DNA of 64,000 nt from assembly GCA_963675755.2 (NCBI GenBank), contig CAXXMD010000002.1, positions 1,120,001-1,184,000 on the forward strand. The letters are read 5' to 3'. Positions 18,075-29,034 of the stretch are shown piece after piece. Source of the stretch: a bacterium (GTDB taxonomy: Bacteria > Zhuqueibacterota > Zhuqueibacteria > Residuimicrobiales > Krinioviventaceae). The position numbers and the translations under genes are program-made. The stretch's first letter is position 1, and every line of letters begins with the position of its first letter. The notes under the pieces are model-generated. The model had not been told where the DNA came from, made no database searches, and saw only the letters and a list, made by a program, of their open reading frames with translations.

Positions 18075-18701
18075 TTATTTAATATTTACTAGATTCAAAG
18101 TACTGCCGCAAAAAGGGCAAAACTTCCACTCGGAATTGTGAAATACATGTTCCGAATGACTTGAACACTGAAGTACCGGTTTATTAAAATCGACCCGGGT
18201 TGTTTTACCATTTTCCTGATCGATTTGAAGTAAAAAATTACCACGTACAGTCTGACCAACAAGAAAAACATCAGACATTTCAGGCCTTTTAAGCCGTGAA
18301 TGAATTAAATTCCCTAGATTATCCATCACTACGCAATCGACTTCAATTTCACTCCAGTATCGGTATCCATCACTTTCTATATCATTATAATTTTTGCGAT
18401 CCTGCGCTACAATATATTTCTTCCAGGTTACCCGAACACCTTTAAACGTAACCCATTGAATTGTATCGAACCGGATATTTTCACCGGTTTCAAGTGGTAA
18501 AAAATCCACTTGAGGATAATCTGATTTCAGATATGTACCCTCACCATTAAACCTGAAATCAATCATGAAACTGTCTACGTTTGTTGATTTTTCACCAATA
18601 TCCGGCATAACCATTACGCTTGCAACTTTACGACCTTCATCCATAGCGTATATCAAAACAACCGAAAACAAGACAGTCATTAAAAGTATATGCCTAAACA
18701 T
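18075..18701 (-). CDS. Hypothetical exported protein with a C-terminal zinc-ribbon-like motif
   Basis: Start moved to ATG 18701 (GGAGA RBS, hydrophobic signal MFRHILLMTVLFSVVLIYA). C-terminal C..H..H....KFCPFCG. Confidence 0.6.
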   Translation of the reverse strand: MFRHILLMTVLFSVVLIYAMDEGRKVASVMVMPDIGEKSTNVDSFMIDFRFNGEGTYLKSDYPQVDFLPLETGENIRFDTIQWVTFKGVRVTWKKYIVAQDRKNYNDIESDGYRYWSEIEVDCVVMDNLGNLIHSRLKRPEMSDVFLVGQTVRGNFLLQIDQENGKTTRVDFNKPVLQCSSHSEHVFHNSEWKFCPFCGSTLNLVNIK

Positions 18702-18784
18702 GGTTTTCTCCCAAATGTTTTTTATATAAACACCCAAGCGAGAGAATTAAATCCCATCAGGCAACAAACAACTTACAAAGCAAA

Positions 18785-18821
18785 ATAAAAAAAAACAAGC
18801 CCAAAGTCAAACTTTGGGCTT
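18785..18821 (-). terminator. Intrinsic terminator after xylA
   Basis: aagcccaaagt-caa-actttgggctt followed by a long T-run on the minus strand. Confidence 0.8.
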
Positions 18822-18828
18822 TTAACAG

Positions 18829-20160
18829 TTAAATAATAAACTGGTTTACAATCCGTTCATAGAGTTCCTGCTTGCCACTTTTCTTTTGAGGTTCACCTAT
18901 ACTTGCGGCAATGGTTGCAAGATCATCAAGCTCCAGCTCACCTCGCTCAAACTTGGCGCCCATACCCGTATCATAACTGGAATAGCGCTCTTTTTTCATT
19001 GCAAGGTAATCAGTTTCCGTAATAATTTTATCTGCAATCAACAATGCTTTGGCAATTGTATCGATAGAGTTGATATGCGAAATAAAAATATCTTCAAGAT
19101 CTGTAGAACTGCGTCTGGTTTTAGCGTCAAAGTTCATACCACCGTTTCCCAAACCTCCGGCTGGTAATAGTACCAGCATGGTTTCTACTGCATCCTGAAT
19201 GGAATGCCAGAACTCATCAGTGTCCCATCCGTTATGTGGATCACCCTGATTCACATCCAAACTGCCTAACATATTGGCGTTAGCGGCAACTTGTAACTCA
19301 TGCGCAAAAGTATGTCCTGCCAGTGTAGCATGGTTATTTTCAATATTGATTTTAAAATCTTTATCAAGCCCATACTGGCGTAAAAAACCAATCACCGTTG
19401 CAGTATCAAAATCGTATTGGTGTTTCGTAGGCTCCATAGGTTTGGGTTCAATCAAAAAAGTACCATTGAAACCTATTTTGCGTCCATACTCTTTTGCTTT
19501 TGTCAGGAACATTGCCAGATGTTCCTGTTCGCGTTTCATGTCAGTATTTAAAAGACTAAAGTAACCTTCCCTTCCACCCCAAAATACATAATTGGAACCA
19601 CCCAGCTCAACTGTAGCTTCGAGCGCGGCTTTGACCTGCGCAGCCGCATGCGTCAACACTTTAAAATCCGGATTTGTTGAAGCGCCATTCATATACCGGG
19701 GATGTGAAAACACATTTGCTGTTCCCCACAATAACTGAATACCAGACTCCTGTTGTTTCAGCTTTGCCAGTGCAGTCAGCTCCTGTAAATTCTTTTCAGA
19801 TTCAGAAACTGTACTGCCTTCAGGGGCCAGATCGCGATCATGAAAACAATAATATGGCAGTCCCAGTTTTGAAATAAATTCAAATGCTGCATCAAGCTTT
19901 TCTTTTGCAGCCTGAACGGGGTCATTATTGACCGCCCAGGGGAAATCCTGGGTACCCGGGCCAAAAGGGTCTTCACCCGTTCCACAAAAGGTATGCCAGT
20001 ATGCGACAGCAAAACGAAAATGCTCTTTCATGGTTTTGCCTGCAACCACCTTGTTTTCATCATAGTATCTGAATGCCAAGGGATTTCGGGATTCAGGACC
20101 TTCGTATTCGATTTTTCCGATTCCTTTAAAATATTCCTGATTACCGATAGTTACTTTCAT
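18829..20160 (-). CDS. xylA: Xylose isomerase (class II)
   Basis: [48 protein letters not shown]. Start at ATG 20160 after an AGGAG RBS. Confidence 0.95.
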   Translation of the reverse strand: MKVTIGNQEYFKGIGKIEYEGPESRNPLAFRYYDENKVVAGKTMKEHFRFAVAYWHTFCGTGEDPFGPGTQDFPWAVNNDPVQAAKEKLDAAFEFISKLGLPYYCFHDRDLAPEGSTVSESEKNLQELTALAKLKQQESGIQLLWGTANVFSHPRYMNGASTNPDFKVLTHAAAQVKAALEATVELGGSNYVFWGGREGYFSLLNTDMKREQEHLAMFLTKAKEYGRKIGFNGTFLIEPKPMEPTKHQYDFDTATVIGFLRQYGLDKDFKINIENNHATLAGHTFAHELQVAANANMLGSLDVNQGDPHNGWDTDEFWHSIQDAVETMLVLLPAGGLGNGGMNFDAKTRRSSTDLEDIFISHINSIDTIAKALLIADKIITETDYLAMKKERYSSYDTGMGAKFERGELELDDLATIAASIGEPQKKSGKQELYERIVNQFII

Positions 20161-20182
20161 AAAATCTCCTGTAAATTTTCTA

Positions 20183-21445
20183 TTATGGAAAAATACCGCG
20201 AGCTTCAACTGCTTTGGCTACCCGCTGCACAGCAATCATCATTGCAGCATTTCTCAAATCAGTTTTTTCCTGTTGCGACAATTTCCAAACAGCATCAAAA
20301 CTTTGTACCATTACCCTGCGCAAGTTCTGATTTACTTCATCTTCATCCCAGAAAAAGGATTGGATACTCTGTACCCATTCAAAATAGGATACTACAACAC
20401 CACCGCTATTGGCTAAAATATCCGGAACGACATACTTTCCTTTTTCTACAAGATATCTTTCAGCTTCGGGGGTTGTAGGACCGTTAGCGCCTTCAACAAT
20501 AGCATATGCCTTGATCTTTTCACAATTATCAATTGTGATCTGTTTTTCCAACGCAGCAGGTACAATAACATCTACATCCAGTTCAAAAATCTCTGACGGG
20601 TCAATTTTGCTTACACCGGGTGCAGAAAAGCCTTCCAGGTGATGATGGCGATTTTTCTGGCAATGTTCAATCATATCAGAAATTGGCAATCCATCAGGAC
20701 AAAAATATGCACCGGTAACATCACTAACTGCATGTACTTTACATCCTTCTTTTGCCAACAGGTCAGCACTAACTGAACCTACATTACCAAAACCCTGAAT
20801 AGCTACACTTGTTTGTTTAGGATCTTTTCCCAGTCGTTTTAAAAGCTCAAGTGTATTGAACATAACACCCCGACCGGTAGCCTCACGTCTACCCAGTGAA
20901 CCTCCCAGTTCTATAGATTTACCTGTCACAATGTCCAGGACGGTTGAACCGTGGAACATACTGACAGTATCCATAATATAACCCATTGTTTCGGCATTTG
21001 TGCCAACATCGGGAGCGGGGATATCCTGATGGGGACCAATAATAGGCATGATAGCAACGGTATATCGCCTTGTCAGTCTGCGAAGTTCATCAGGAGATAA
21101 CAGGGTAGGATCTACCTGCACACCACCTTTACCACCACCATAAGGTATATTTACCACCGCACATTTCCAGGTCATCCACATTGCCAGCGCTTTCACCTCG
21201 TCAAGATTTACACCCTGATGAAATCGGATACCGCCCTTACAGGGACCTCGCGCATGGGAATGTTGAACCCGGTAACCACAAAACACTTCAATCCGGCCGT
21301 CATCCATAACTACCGGAAGAGCGACGGTCAAAGCCCGTTCCGGAAAGCTAAGCACACCTAACGTGCTTGGGCTGAGGTTGAGTTTTGTTGCAGCAGACTC
21401 TAACTGCTCAAGAGCCATGTCGAACACACTGGAATTTGGCATCAC
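20183..21445 (-). CDS. gdhA: Glu/Leu/Phe/Val dehydrogenase (glutamate dehydrogenase-type)
   Basis: [43 protein letters not shown]. Confidence 0.9.
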   Translation of the reverse strand: MMPNSSVFDMALEQLESAATKLNLSPSTLGVLSFPERALTVALPVVMDDGRIEVFCGYRVQHSHARGPCKGGIRFHQGVNLDEVKALAMWMTWKCAVVNIPYGGGKGGVQVDPTLLSPDELRRLTRRYTVAIMPIIGPHQDIPAPDVGTNAETMGYIMDTVSMFHGSTVLDIVTGKSIELGGSLGRREATGRGVMFNTLELLKRLGKDPKQTSVAIQGFGNVGSVSADLLAKEGCKVHAVSDVTGAYFCPDGLPISDMIEHCQKNRHHHLEGFSAPGVSKIDPSEIFELDVDVIVPAALEKQITIDNCEKIKAYAIVEGANGPTTPEAERYLVEKGKYVVPDILANSGGVVVSYFEWVQSIQSFFWDEDEVNQNLRRVMVQSFDAVWKLSQQEKTDLRNAAMMIAVQRVAKAVEARGIFP

Positions 21446-22254
21446 GCCCTCCCATTTTTGTGTGGTTTTTGGATTATATAATACGCAGACATGGTTACAA
21501 AATCCCTAATGTATAGCAAACGGGATATGAAACCATTCTGCAGCCTTGGCTTCATATTGAATTTATATTTATAAATCGGTGCAACAAAATAAAATAACCG
21601 TTTGATGAGTTTGTATTGATTTCTTTTAAAAATTCGTTCAAAACGCTCTATAGAGATACCCGTTTCTTTAATTTCTAACAATGCCTCAATTTTATCATCC
21701 GTTTCACCAAAGCGTTTTAAAATAAATCTGTACATAAATTCAGGCAAAAGATGATAATAAGGCAGCTTGGCGGCAAAACGGTTTACACAGATTTGCTGAT
21801 GTCCGCCAAAAGGCATGGCAAAAGGAGGAAAACCAAAAAATACAAATCCACCAGGATTCAGAAAATCAAGTAAACGAGCCATAAAACGTTCCTGATCATG
21901 AATGTGTTCAATCACATCTTTGAGAATAACAAGATCAAACTTTGTTTCAATTTCAGTATCAAAATCCACATCATATATATTTTTAGAAAAAAACCTCACC
22001 TGCCCTGATTCGTATTCTGCTCTGGTAAATTCCTTGGCAAGTTCAACGCGGCTGGGAGAAAGCTCAACGCCCACACACTGACAGCCGTAATCCAAAAAGG
22101 ATTTTAAAACACCGGCTTCGGCACAGCCAATTTCCAAAACATGGGTTTGATTATTCAGATTTAAATAGGGAGATATAAATGGGATTATTGAATCGCGGGA
22201 GTTGTTGTATTGCATTTCAAAATAGTGCTTTTTATCGGAATGAAAATCGTACAT
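21442..22254 (-). CDS. Class I SAM-dependent methyltransferase
   Basis: VLEIGCAEAG, GVELS, FDLVILKDVIEH, LNPGG. Confidence 0.85.
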   Translation of the reverse strand: MYDFHSDKKHYFEMQYNNSRDSIIPFISPYLNLNNQTHVLEIGCAEAGVLKSFLDYGCQCVGVELSPSRVELAKEFTRAEYESGQVRFFSKNIYDVDFDTEIETKFDLVILKDVIEHIHDQERFMARLLDFLNPGGFVFFGFPPFAMPFGGHQQICVNRFAAKLPYYHLLPEFMYRFILKRFGETDDKIEALLEIKETGISIERFERIFKRNQYKLIKRLFYFVAPIYKYKFNMKPRLQNGFISRLLYIRDFVTMSAYYIIQKPHKNGRA

Positions 22255-22266
22255 AAAGTTCGGGTC

Positions 22267-22704
22267 CTAACTCATCCATGATAATGGATCATTCTTAACC
22301 TTATCCATCTTGCGGCGTTCCTTTTTGGTTGGCCGGCCTTTATATTTAGGTTTCAACTGTTTTGTTGATTTATAGTGAAGACCAATTAGCTCTTTAGCTT
22401 CATCTGATAATTCTAATTCCTCCTTGACATACATTTCTCGGGCATCTTTTGCAGACACATTTTTATGCGCAAGCCCGGAAATTGTATAGTTGATATATTG
22501 ACCACCTTTTTGCTTGATAGTCAATACATCCCCAATATGTATCATTTTTGAGGGTTTTGCAACCTCATTATTGACTTTGACTTTACGGTCATCACAGGCA
22601 CGGGTTGCCTGGGCCCGCGTTTTAAACAAGCAGGAAATATTTAGCCATTTATCAAGACGTTGCTGTTCGGCTTTATCGAAAATAATTTTATCTTCAATAC
22701 TCAT
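22267..22704 (-). CDS. hslR: Ribosome-associated heat shock protein Hsp15 (S4 domain)
   Basis: RLDKWL...KTRAQA...AKPS...GD; C-terminal GRPTKKERR. Confidence 0.9.
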   Translation of the reverse strand: MSIEDKIIFDKAEQQRLDKWLNISCLFKTRAQATRACDDRKVKVNNEVAKPSKMIHIGDVLTIKQKGGQYINYTISGLAHKNVSAKDAREMYVKEELELSDEAKELIGLHYKSTKQLKPKYKGRPTKKERRKMDKVKNDPLSWMS

Positions 22705-22706
22705 TT

Positions 22707-23675
22707 CTAAAAAATTTCAACCTTCAAGTAGCGTTGTGGATTTTTACGAACATCTTTGACCAGACTGTCAAGTTCTGTAGTAATACGGGTCATATCGTTA
22801 TACAGGTCTTCATTACTTATAGCCTTACCTACAGAACCTTCACCCTTTTCAATTTTTGTAATGATTGAATTCAGCTTAGAGACCGATGTATCAATCTTGT
22901 TATACATTTCAGGATCAGAAATTAATCTGGCCGCTGTACCTTGTCCGGTTTTCAAACTATCTGACAATTCTCTCATATTTTTAACAGACTCTGCAATATT
23001 GATGGCAAAAGTAGAGTCATTAAGCAGCATGTTTAAAGTACCTTCACTGTTTGCAACTTGCGAGCCAATCAGCTCAACCAGGTTCAATAAACGGTCAAGA
23101 CTAAAATAAATACGTGGATCATTCACAATCAAACCCAACGTACCTTTACCGGAATTAATTTTACCGCTAATCTCTTCAATCTCTTTGGTTGCACGCTTGA
23201 GACCATTAACAACATTTACACCTTCATCAATAATTTTTTCAACATCTATTGGGTCAGAACTTTTCAACAATTCATTATTTTGCAATACAGGCTGATCAAG
23301 TGATCCCATGGTCAAGCCAATAAACTTGTCTCCTAAAAGACCCAGTGTACCAATGTGTGCTTCAGAATCCTGACGAATGCGGTTTTGTACTGTTTTATCG
23401 ATTTCCAGTACAACTTCAATCTTTTGGTCTTCCAGGTCACTGGAAAAATCCACACCCACAACACTTCCCACTCTAACACCAGCAAGACGTACCGGAGCTC
23501 CGGATTGCAGACCATTCACCCGGGACATTAAAACCCGCAATTGATAACGGTCATTCAAAAGTCCTTGTTGGTTTCCCACAGACATAATTGCAAATATAAT
23601 AATTGCTATTCCAACAAGTATTGTAATACCCACTTTAATTTCATGCCGTTTTTCGGCTTGTTCTCTATTACTCAT
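22707..23675 (-). CDS. MlaD/MCE family protein
   Basis: N-terminal TM segment, GLQSGAPVRLAGVRVG, GLLGDKFI, helical GTLG repeats, KNPQRYLK. Confidence 0.88.
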   Translation of the reverse strand: MSNREQAEKRHEIKVGITILVGIAIIIFAIMSVGNQQGLLNDRYQLRVLMSRVNGLQSGAPVRLAGVRVGSVVGVDFSSDLEDQKIEVVLEIDKTVQNRIRQDSEAHIGTLGLLGDKFIGLTMGSLDQPVLQNNELLKSSDPIDVEKIIDEGVNVVNGLKRATKEIEEISGKINSGKGTLGLIVNDPRIYFSLDRLLNLVELIGSQVANSEGTLNMLLNDSTFAINIAESVKNMRELSDSLKTGQGTAARLISDPEMYNKIDTSVSKLNSIITKIEKGEGSVGKAISNEDLYNDMTRITTELDSLVKDVRKNPQRYLKVEIF

Positions 23676-24421
23676 TTTGGACCCGCTATAAATCGTTGAA
23701 CAAATTCATTTTTACTTGATTTAATTTCCGCAATAGTACCTATTTCAATAATTGCGCCATCATTAATAACCGCAACCCGATCAGCTACACTAAAGCCACT
23801 ATCCAACTCGTGGGTTACTACTATGGATGTAACACCCAGTTCTTTTTGAGTTTTTCGAATCAATGCATTAATAGTCGTAGCCGTAATCGGATCCAATCCG
23901 GTTGTAGGCTCATCATATAACATGATCTGTGGCTGGCTTGCCATAGCACGCGCAAGGGCTGCTCTTTTTTTCATTCCGCCTGATAAACTGGCAGGCATTA
24001 ATTTTTCTGTACCTTTAAGATCTACAAATTCCAGATTTCTTTTAACAATTTCTTCTATTTGTACCGGTTTCATTTTGGTGTGTTCTTTTAAAGAATAGCC
24101 AACATTATCACCAACAGTTAAGGAATCAAACAATGCCGCACCTTGAAAGAGCATGCCAATTTTTTGTCGTATAGGAAACAATGCGTTTTCCTGCAATTCA
24201 GTAATCTCATCTCCATCAACATATACCTGCCCAGAATCCGCAGGTAATAAACCGAGTAAAATTTTCAACATTACACTTTTTCCACATCCGCTGCGTCCCA
24301 AAATAACCAGCGTTTCACCACGATAAATGGAAAGATTCAATCCCTGCAGCACATGTTTATCTCCAAAGGATTTATAAACATTTTGAAAATCAATTATATA
24401 GTCTCGGTTCTCTATCATCAA
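23672..24421 (-). CDS. MlaF/Mkl-type ABC transporter ATPase
   Basis: GRSGCGKS, FQGAALFDSL, LSGGMKKR, YDEPTTGLDP. Confidence 0.92.
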   Translation of the reverse strand: MMIENRDYIIDFQNVYKSFGDKHVLQGLNLSIYRGETLVILGRSGCGKSVMLKILLGLLPADSGQVYVDGDEITELQENALFPIRQKIGMLFQGAALFDSLTVGDNVGYSLKEHTKMKPVQIEEIVKRNLEFVDLKGTEKLMPASLSGGMKKRAALARAMASQPQIMLYDEPTTGLDPITATTINALIRKTQKELGVTSIVVTHELDSGFSVADRVAVINDGAIIEIGTIAEIKSSKNEFVQRFIAGPK

Positions 24422-24424
24422 ATT

Positions 24425-25198
24425 CTACATCCACGAAATTGACAAAATCAGCTTTGTTATAAAAAAGTCCAATACAAAAATCAATATTGAAGAAACAACA
24501 ACAGATTGTGTAGTAGCTTCACCAACACCTTTGGTACCTCCCTGTGCATTAAAGCCCATATAGCAGCTCACAATTGCTATGGTTATACCAAATACAAAAG
24601 GCTTTATCATACCTGTAATCAAATCACCAAAACCCAAAGCACGTGTTACCGTTTTCCAGTAAAATGATGAACTGATTCCTAACGAACTTGTGGCTATTAC
24701 CAGACCACCTAAAATCCCAACCATATCGCCAATAACTGTTAAAACCGGTAGCATAATAGCTAAAGCTTTTAAACGGGTTGATGCTAGTTTACGGATAGGA
24801 TTGGTTCCCAGGGCCTTCATAGCATCCAGCTGTTCAGTAACTTTCATAGATCCCAATTCTGCCGCAATACCAGCTCCTACTCGCCCGGCAACAACCAAAG
24901 AAACCAAAACGGGTCCCAGTTCACGCACCAGTGAAACACTGACCAAAGTTCCTACATACATTTTTGCGCCATAAACTGCCATCTCATAACCGGATTGCAG
25001 GGTCAATACCATACCCGTAAACCCGGAAGTCATCAAGATAATCAGTAATGAACGCACTCCAATGCTGTGCATTTGATCAAATGTGTCTTTGATATAAAAT
25101 GGGCGGCTAAAAATATTGTAGGTAGCCCTGCCAAACAATTCAGCAAGTCCATGCAGGTGTACAAGAAATTCTATAAAAGTATGATATGATCGTTTCAA
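24425..25198 (-). CDS. MlaE-family ABC permease
   Basis: RELGPV, AGRVGAGIAAELGSM..TEQLDA, GGTKGVGEATT. Confidence 0.92.
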   Translation of the reverse strand: MKRSYHTFIEFLVHLHGLAELFGRATYNIFSRPFYIKDTFDQMHSIGVRSLLIILMTSGFTGMVLTLQSGYEMAVYGAKMYVGTLVSVSLVRELGPVLVSLVVAGRVGAGIAAELGSMKVTEQLDAMKALGTNPIRKLASTRLKALAIMLPVLTVIGDMVGILGGLVIATSSLGISSSFYWKTVTRALGFGDLITGMIKPFVFGITIAIVSCYMGFNAQGGTKGVGEATTQSVVVSSILIFVLDFFITKLILSISWM

Positions 25199-25303
25199 AT
25201 GATATTTACTTTAATTTTTTTATTAAAATCCATAAAAAACAATGTGATAAAAAAAAAGGTCTTTTGCAAATATTTCTTGAAAAATCTTTATTATAAAACA
25301 CTA

Positions 25304-26044
25304 CTAATCCTCTAATGTTCCATTTACAAGGGGTACATTTTTTCTGATCAATACGGTTATACCTGCCATTAGCAAATATATCAATATTAAATTATGAATA
25401 GGACTTTTCAAAAGAACGATATGCATTTTAAACAACAAGAAAATAATACCAGACATTATTAAAAACAATAAAGCAGAAATATTGGTAAAAAAAGTAAATC
25501 CAAGATTTCCATCCTGAAAAGCATCGATCATGAATCCAATACCACCGCCAATAACAACTATTAACAATAGAACCAAATAACAAAGCAAAGAAACAACTAT
25601 AGTTGCTAAAATCATCAAAGATTTTGAATATTTATGAATAAAGCTACTAACCTTCAAGGGTTCTATAACAATGGGTTCATCTGAATCAATCTCAAGTTCA
25701 CTGACTTTAATGCTCTCTATATCATTATTGGTTTTTAAGACCAGCAGGCTTTCAGAAATTAATACAGAGTTTTGAACGGTTGATTCAAAATAATCAAGAT
25801 CAGGTTCTTTTTCACAAATAATCTCTACCGAATTCCCGATAGTCAATTTGACAGGTACAGGATCCAGAAAAACAAGTTTGTGATCATCCAGCTCTATTCT
25901 GGGAAAAGGTTCAACAAAAGCCTGTCTGTAAAGAGATACATATTCCATTCCCCTGTTAAACAATGGAACAATTACCAACAGTGCAAATAAAACAGTGTTG
26001 GCTAGAACAATTAAAAAATAATATTTCTTGTTAATCACATGCAA
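25304..26044 (-). CDS. Hypothetical multi-pass membrane protein (DUF1189-like topology)
   Basis: One N-terminal TM segment, a ~110-aa soluble region, then several hydrophobic segments. Confidence 0.55.
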   Translation of the reverse strand: MHVINKKYYFLIVLANTVLFALLVIVPLFNRGMEYVSLYRQAFVEPFPRIELDDHKLVFLDPVPVKLTIGNSVEIICEKEPDLDYFESTVQNSVLISESLLVLKTNNDIESIKVSELEIDSDEPIVIEPLKVSSFIHKYSKSLMILATIVVSLLCYLVLLLIVVIGGGIGFMIDAFQDGNLGFTFFTNISALLFLIMSGIIFLLFKMHIVLLKSPIHNLILIYLLMAGITVLIRKNVPLVNGTLED

Positions 26045-26051
26045 ACCTGGT

Positions 26052-27125
26052 TCAATACTCTCTCAACTCTTCCTGACCATTTAATACTCGCAAAACTCCC
26101 TGGGCCATTGCATCCATTTCCAATTCGCCGGGAAAAACAAAGACAGGTGCAATAAACATAACACGTCCGGTAACTTCGGTAATTAATCGATTTGAATTTG
26201 CAAGTCCACCAGTCAAGACAATAGCTTTTACATCTCCATTAACCACTGTTGCCATTGCTCCAATCTCTTTGGCAATCTGATAGCACATGGCAAAAAAAAC
26301 ATTCTTTGCCAATTCATCACCATCCTGAATGCGTTGCTCAATTACCTGCATATCTTTTGTTCCAAGGTATGCTTTTAATCCGCCCTTGCTCATGACCAGT
26401 TCTTTCATATCATGATTGGCATATTTGCCTGAAAAACACATATCAATAAAGGGCATAAGTGGCAATGCGCCAGTACGTTCAGGTGAAAATGGGCCGGCGC
26501 TGGAAGCATCGTTCACATCAATCACCCTGCCATTTCGAACAGGAGCAATAGAGATGCCTCCTCCTAAATGCGCAACAATGAAATTATTTTTACTGGCATC
26601 TATATTCAGCTTTTCAGCCGCCCAGTATGTAGCGGCCCTTAAATTCAAAGAATGTGACAATGAACGTCTTTCCATTAACGGATGCCCGGAATATCTGGCT
26701 ACGGGTTCAAACTCATCAACAGATACAGGGTCAACTGTATACGCAGGACAACCATATTTTGTTGCAATTTTATCTGCCAGCGCACATCCTAAATTGGATA
26801 CATGTGCACCCCTGTGCCCTTCACGCGCATCTTTGATCATCTGTTGATTAACTTTATAAGTTCCCCGTTTGAGTGGTTTTAGAATTCCACCACGTCCAAC
26901 AACTGCATCAAGGGGATCAGCTAATCCCTGATCTGCAAGGAAATCTTCAATAGCATTTGTACGGTATTCAAACTGGCTCCAAAGAGAATTAAACCTGCCG
27001 AGTTCTCGCTCATCATGTTTAATGTTCTCTGAAGCTATTACCTCTTTACCTGCATACAATGCAACTTTGGTTGAAGTTGAGCCAGGATTTATTACAAGTA
27101 TTAAAGCTTTATCATTTTGGGTCAA
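26052..27125 (-). CDS. buk: Butyrate kinase (second paralog)
   Basis: INPGSTSTK, GRGG, HVSNLG, DPVSVDE, HLGGGIS, GPFSPER. Confidence 0.93.
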   Translation of the reverse strand: MTQNDKALILVINPGSTSTKVALYAGKEVIASENIKHDERELGRFNSLWSQFEYRTNAIEDFLADQGLADPLDAVVGRGGILKPLKRGTYKVNQQMIKDAREGHRGAHVSNLGCALADKIATKYGCPAYTVDPVSVDEFEPVARYSGHPLMERRSLSHSLNLRAATYWAAEKLNIDASKNNFIVAHLGGGISIAPVRNGRVIDVNDASSAGPFSPERTGALPLMPFIDMCFSGKYANHDMKELVMSKGGLKAYLGTKDMQVIEQRIQDGDELAKNVFFAMCYQIAKEIGAMATVVNGDVKAIVLTGGLANSNRLITEVTGRVMFIAPVFVFPGELEMDAMAQGVLRVLNGQEELREY

Positions 27126-27206
27126 TTCTTTACTCCTTTAATTGGATATTTTATGGAATTTTCCCTGGTTTTTGCACAATATATAAAAAGGTTCTGTTAC
27201 AAACAA

Positions 27207-27238
27207 GAAAAAAGGGAAAGGCTAAAGCCTTTCCCTTT
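27207..27238 (-). terminator. Intrinsic terminator after hydA
   Basis: aaagggaaaggc-taaa-gcctttcccttt with a T-run on the minus strand. Confidence 0.85.
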
Positions 27239-27242
27239 GCAA

Positions 27243-28982
27243 TTATGCTGCGTTTTCTTTATAGATGCTTTTTTTATCATAATGTGTATGAAGCAGTTCA
27301 TGTGCTTTGTGACCATTAGGTTCACCCAGCCATTCTTCATACAATTTTATAACAGCAGGATTCTCATGAGATTTACGGATCTCCATTTTGCGGTCCTGCA
27401 GATAAATAGCTTCAGCGCGTTTCTTGCGGATATCTTCGGAAGTTGGGATCGGTTGACCACCACCACCAATACATCCACCGGGGCAAGCCATAATTTCAAT
27501 AAAATGATATTCAGCTTCACCGGCTGCAATTTTGTCTAACAATTTGCGTGCATTTGCCAAACCGTTAGAAACAGCAGCTTTAACTTTTAAACCGTTTAGG
27601 TCTATTTCTGCTTCTTTAATACCTTCTAAACCGCGAACATCTTTGATCTCTACATCATCAAGTGTTTTTTCAGTAACAATTTCATAAACGGTACGTAATG
27701 CAGCTTCCATTACACCACCGGTATTACCAAAAATAACAGCAGCACCTGTAGAGATACCCAATGGATCATCGTAATCTTCTTCATGCAGGTCAGGTAAATT
27801 GATACCAACCTGTTTCATCATAACAGCCGCTTCACGGGTGGTTAATACAGCGTCCACATCCTGAAAACCACTGTCATTCATTTCCGGACGACCACATTCA
27901 TATTTTTTAGCTGTACAAGGCATGATGGATACACAATAAATATCTTTGGGATCAATGCCATTCTTTTCAGCATAATATGTTTTAGCCAAAGCGCCAAACA
28001 TCTGCTGAGGTGATTTACAAGAAGATACATGCGGCAGTAAATCAGGATAAAAATGTTCAATAAAATTAATCCAGCCGGGGCTACATGAAGTTAACAATGG
28101 CAAAGTACCACCATTTTTTACACGACCCAACAGCTCGGTACCTTCTTCCATAATGGTTAAATCTGCGGTAAAGTCTGTATCAAAAACTTTATCGAATCCC
28201 AGCATTCTCAAACCGGTTACAAACTGGTTGGTTACCAGAGAACCAGGTGCCATTCCAAACATTTCACCGATTGACGCGCGAACCGCGGGTGCAGTTTGAA
28301 CAACAACATGTTTTGTTGGATCATCCAAAGCAGCCCAAACGCGTGCTGTATGATCATTTTCATACAATGCACCAACAGGACAACGATCGATACATTGACC
28401 ACAGGAAACACAAGCAACATCGCCAATGCCTTTACCAAATGGAGTATCAACCCAAACTTCGTATCCACGGCCTTCAAGACCAATTGCGCTAACGCTCTGT
28501 ACCAGTTCACAAGTCTGGATACAACGGCGGCACAAGATACATTTGGAAGGATCACGAACGATAGCGGCACTGGAAAGATCCAGTTCACCTTTACGTTCAT
28601 GGTATTCAAAACGATTTTCACGCAAGCCCAATTGTTCTGCGGCATCCTGCAATTCACAGAAATTATTGCGAACACATTCAGTACATTTCATGGGGTGACG
28701 AGACAACAACAACTCGAGCGCCATTTTACGAGAGTCGCGAACAGTTTGTGTGCGTGTTGAAACTTTCATCCCCTCCTGACATTGCCATGAGCAAGCAGTG
28801 CGTAACAAACGATCACCTTCGACCTCTACAACACATAAACGACATGCAGATACCGGCGGTAAATCAGGATGATAGCATAAACGGGGTATTTTAATATTTA
28901 ATTTTTCTGCTGCTTCTAGAACAGTCGTACCCTTGGGTACTGTTACTGTTTTACCATCTATTGTTAATGTGATATTTTCCAC
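27243..28982 (-). CDS. [FeFe]-hydrogenase group A catalytic subunit (HydA/HndD-like), copy 1
   Basis: 2Fe-2S (LC...CRLC...AC), His-ligated cluster (H..KC..C.RN..CEL), 2x4Fe-4S, H-cluster motifs TSCSPGW, MPCTAKKYE, EIMACPGGCIGGGGQP. Confidence 0.95.
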   Translation of the reverse strand: MENITLTIDGKTVTVPKGTTVLEAAEKLNIKIPRLCYHPDLPPVSACRLCVVEVEGDRLLRTACSWQCQEGMKVSTRTQTVRDSRKMALELLLSRHPMKCTECVRNNFCELQDAAEQLGLRENRFEYHERKGELDLSSAAIVRDPSKCILCRRCIQTCELVQSVSAIGLEGRGYEVWVDTPFGKGIGDVACVSCGQCIDRCPVGALYENDHTARVWAALDDPTKHVVVQTAPAVRASIGEMFGMAPGSLVTNQFVTGLRMLGFDKVFDTDFTADLTIMEEGTELLGRVKNGGTLPLLTSCSPGWINFIEHFYPDLLPHVSSCKSPQQMFGALAKTYYAEKNGIDPKDIYCVSIMPCTAKKYECGRPEMNDSGFQDVDAVLTTREAAVMMKQVGINLPDLHEEDYDDPLGISTGAAVIFGNTGGVMEAALRTVYEIVTEKTLDDVEIKDVRGLEGIKEAEIDLNGLKVKAAVSNGLANARKLLDKIAAGEAEYHFIEIMACPGGCIGGGGQPIPTSEDIRKKRAEAIYLQDRKMEIRKSHENPAVIKLYEEWLGEPNGHKAHELLHTHYDKKSIYKENAA

Positions 28983-29034
28983 ATTTAACCTCCATTGTGC
29001 GTATTATAACGTTAAACTCAACGTACATTATTTG

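Noticed and set aside
20161-20208. N-terminal extension of xylA overlapping gdh (similar over-extended starts at 41529, 43868, 53874, 55059, 18737)
   Set aside because: Downstream starts have clear RBS sequences and better match the expected N-termini.
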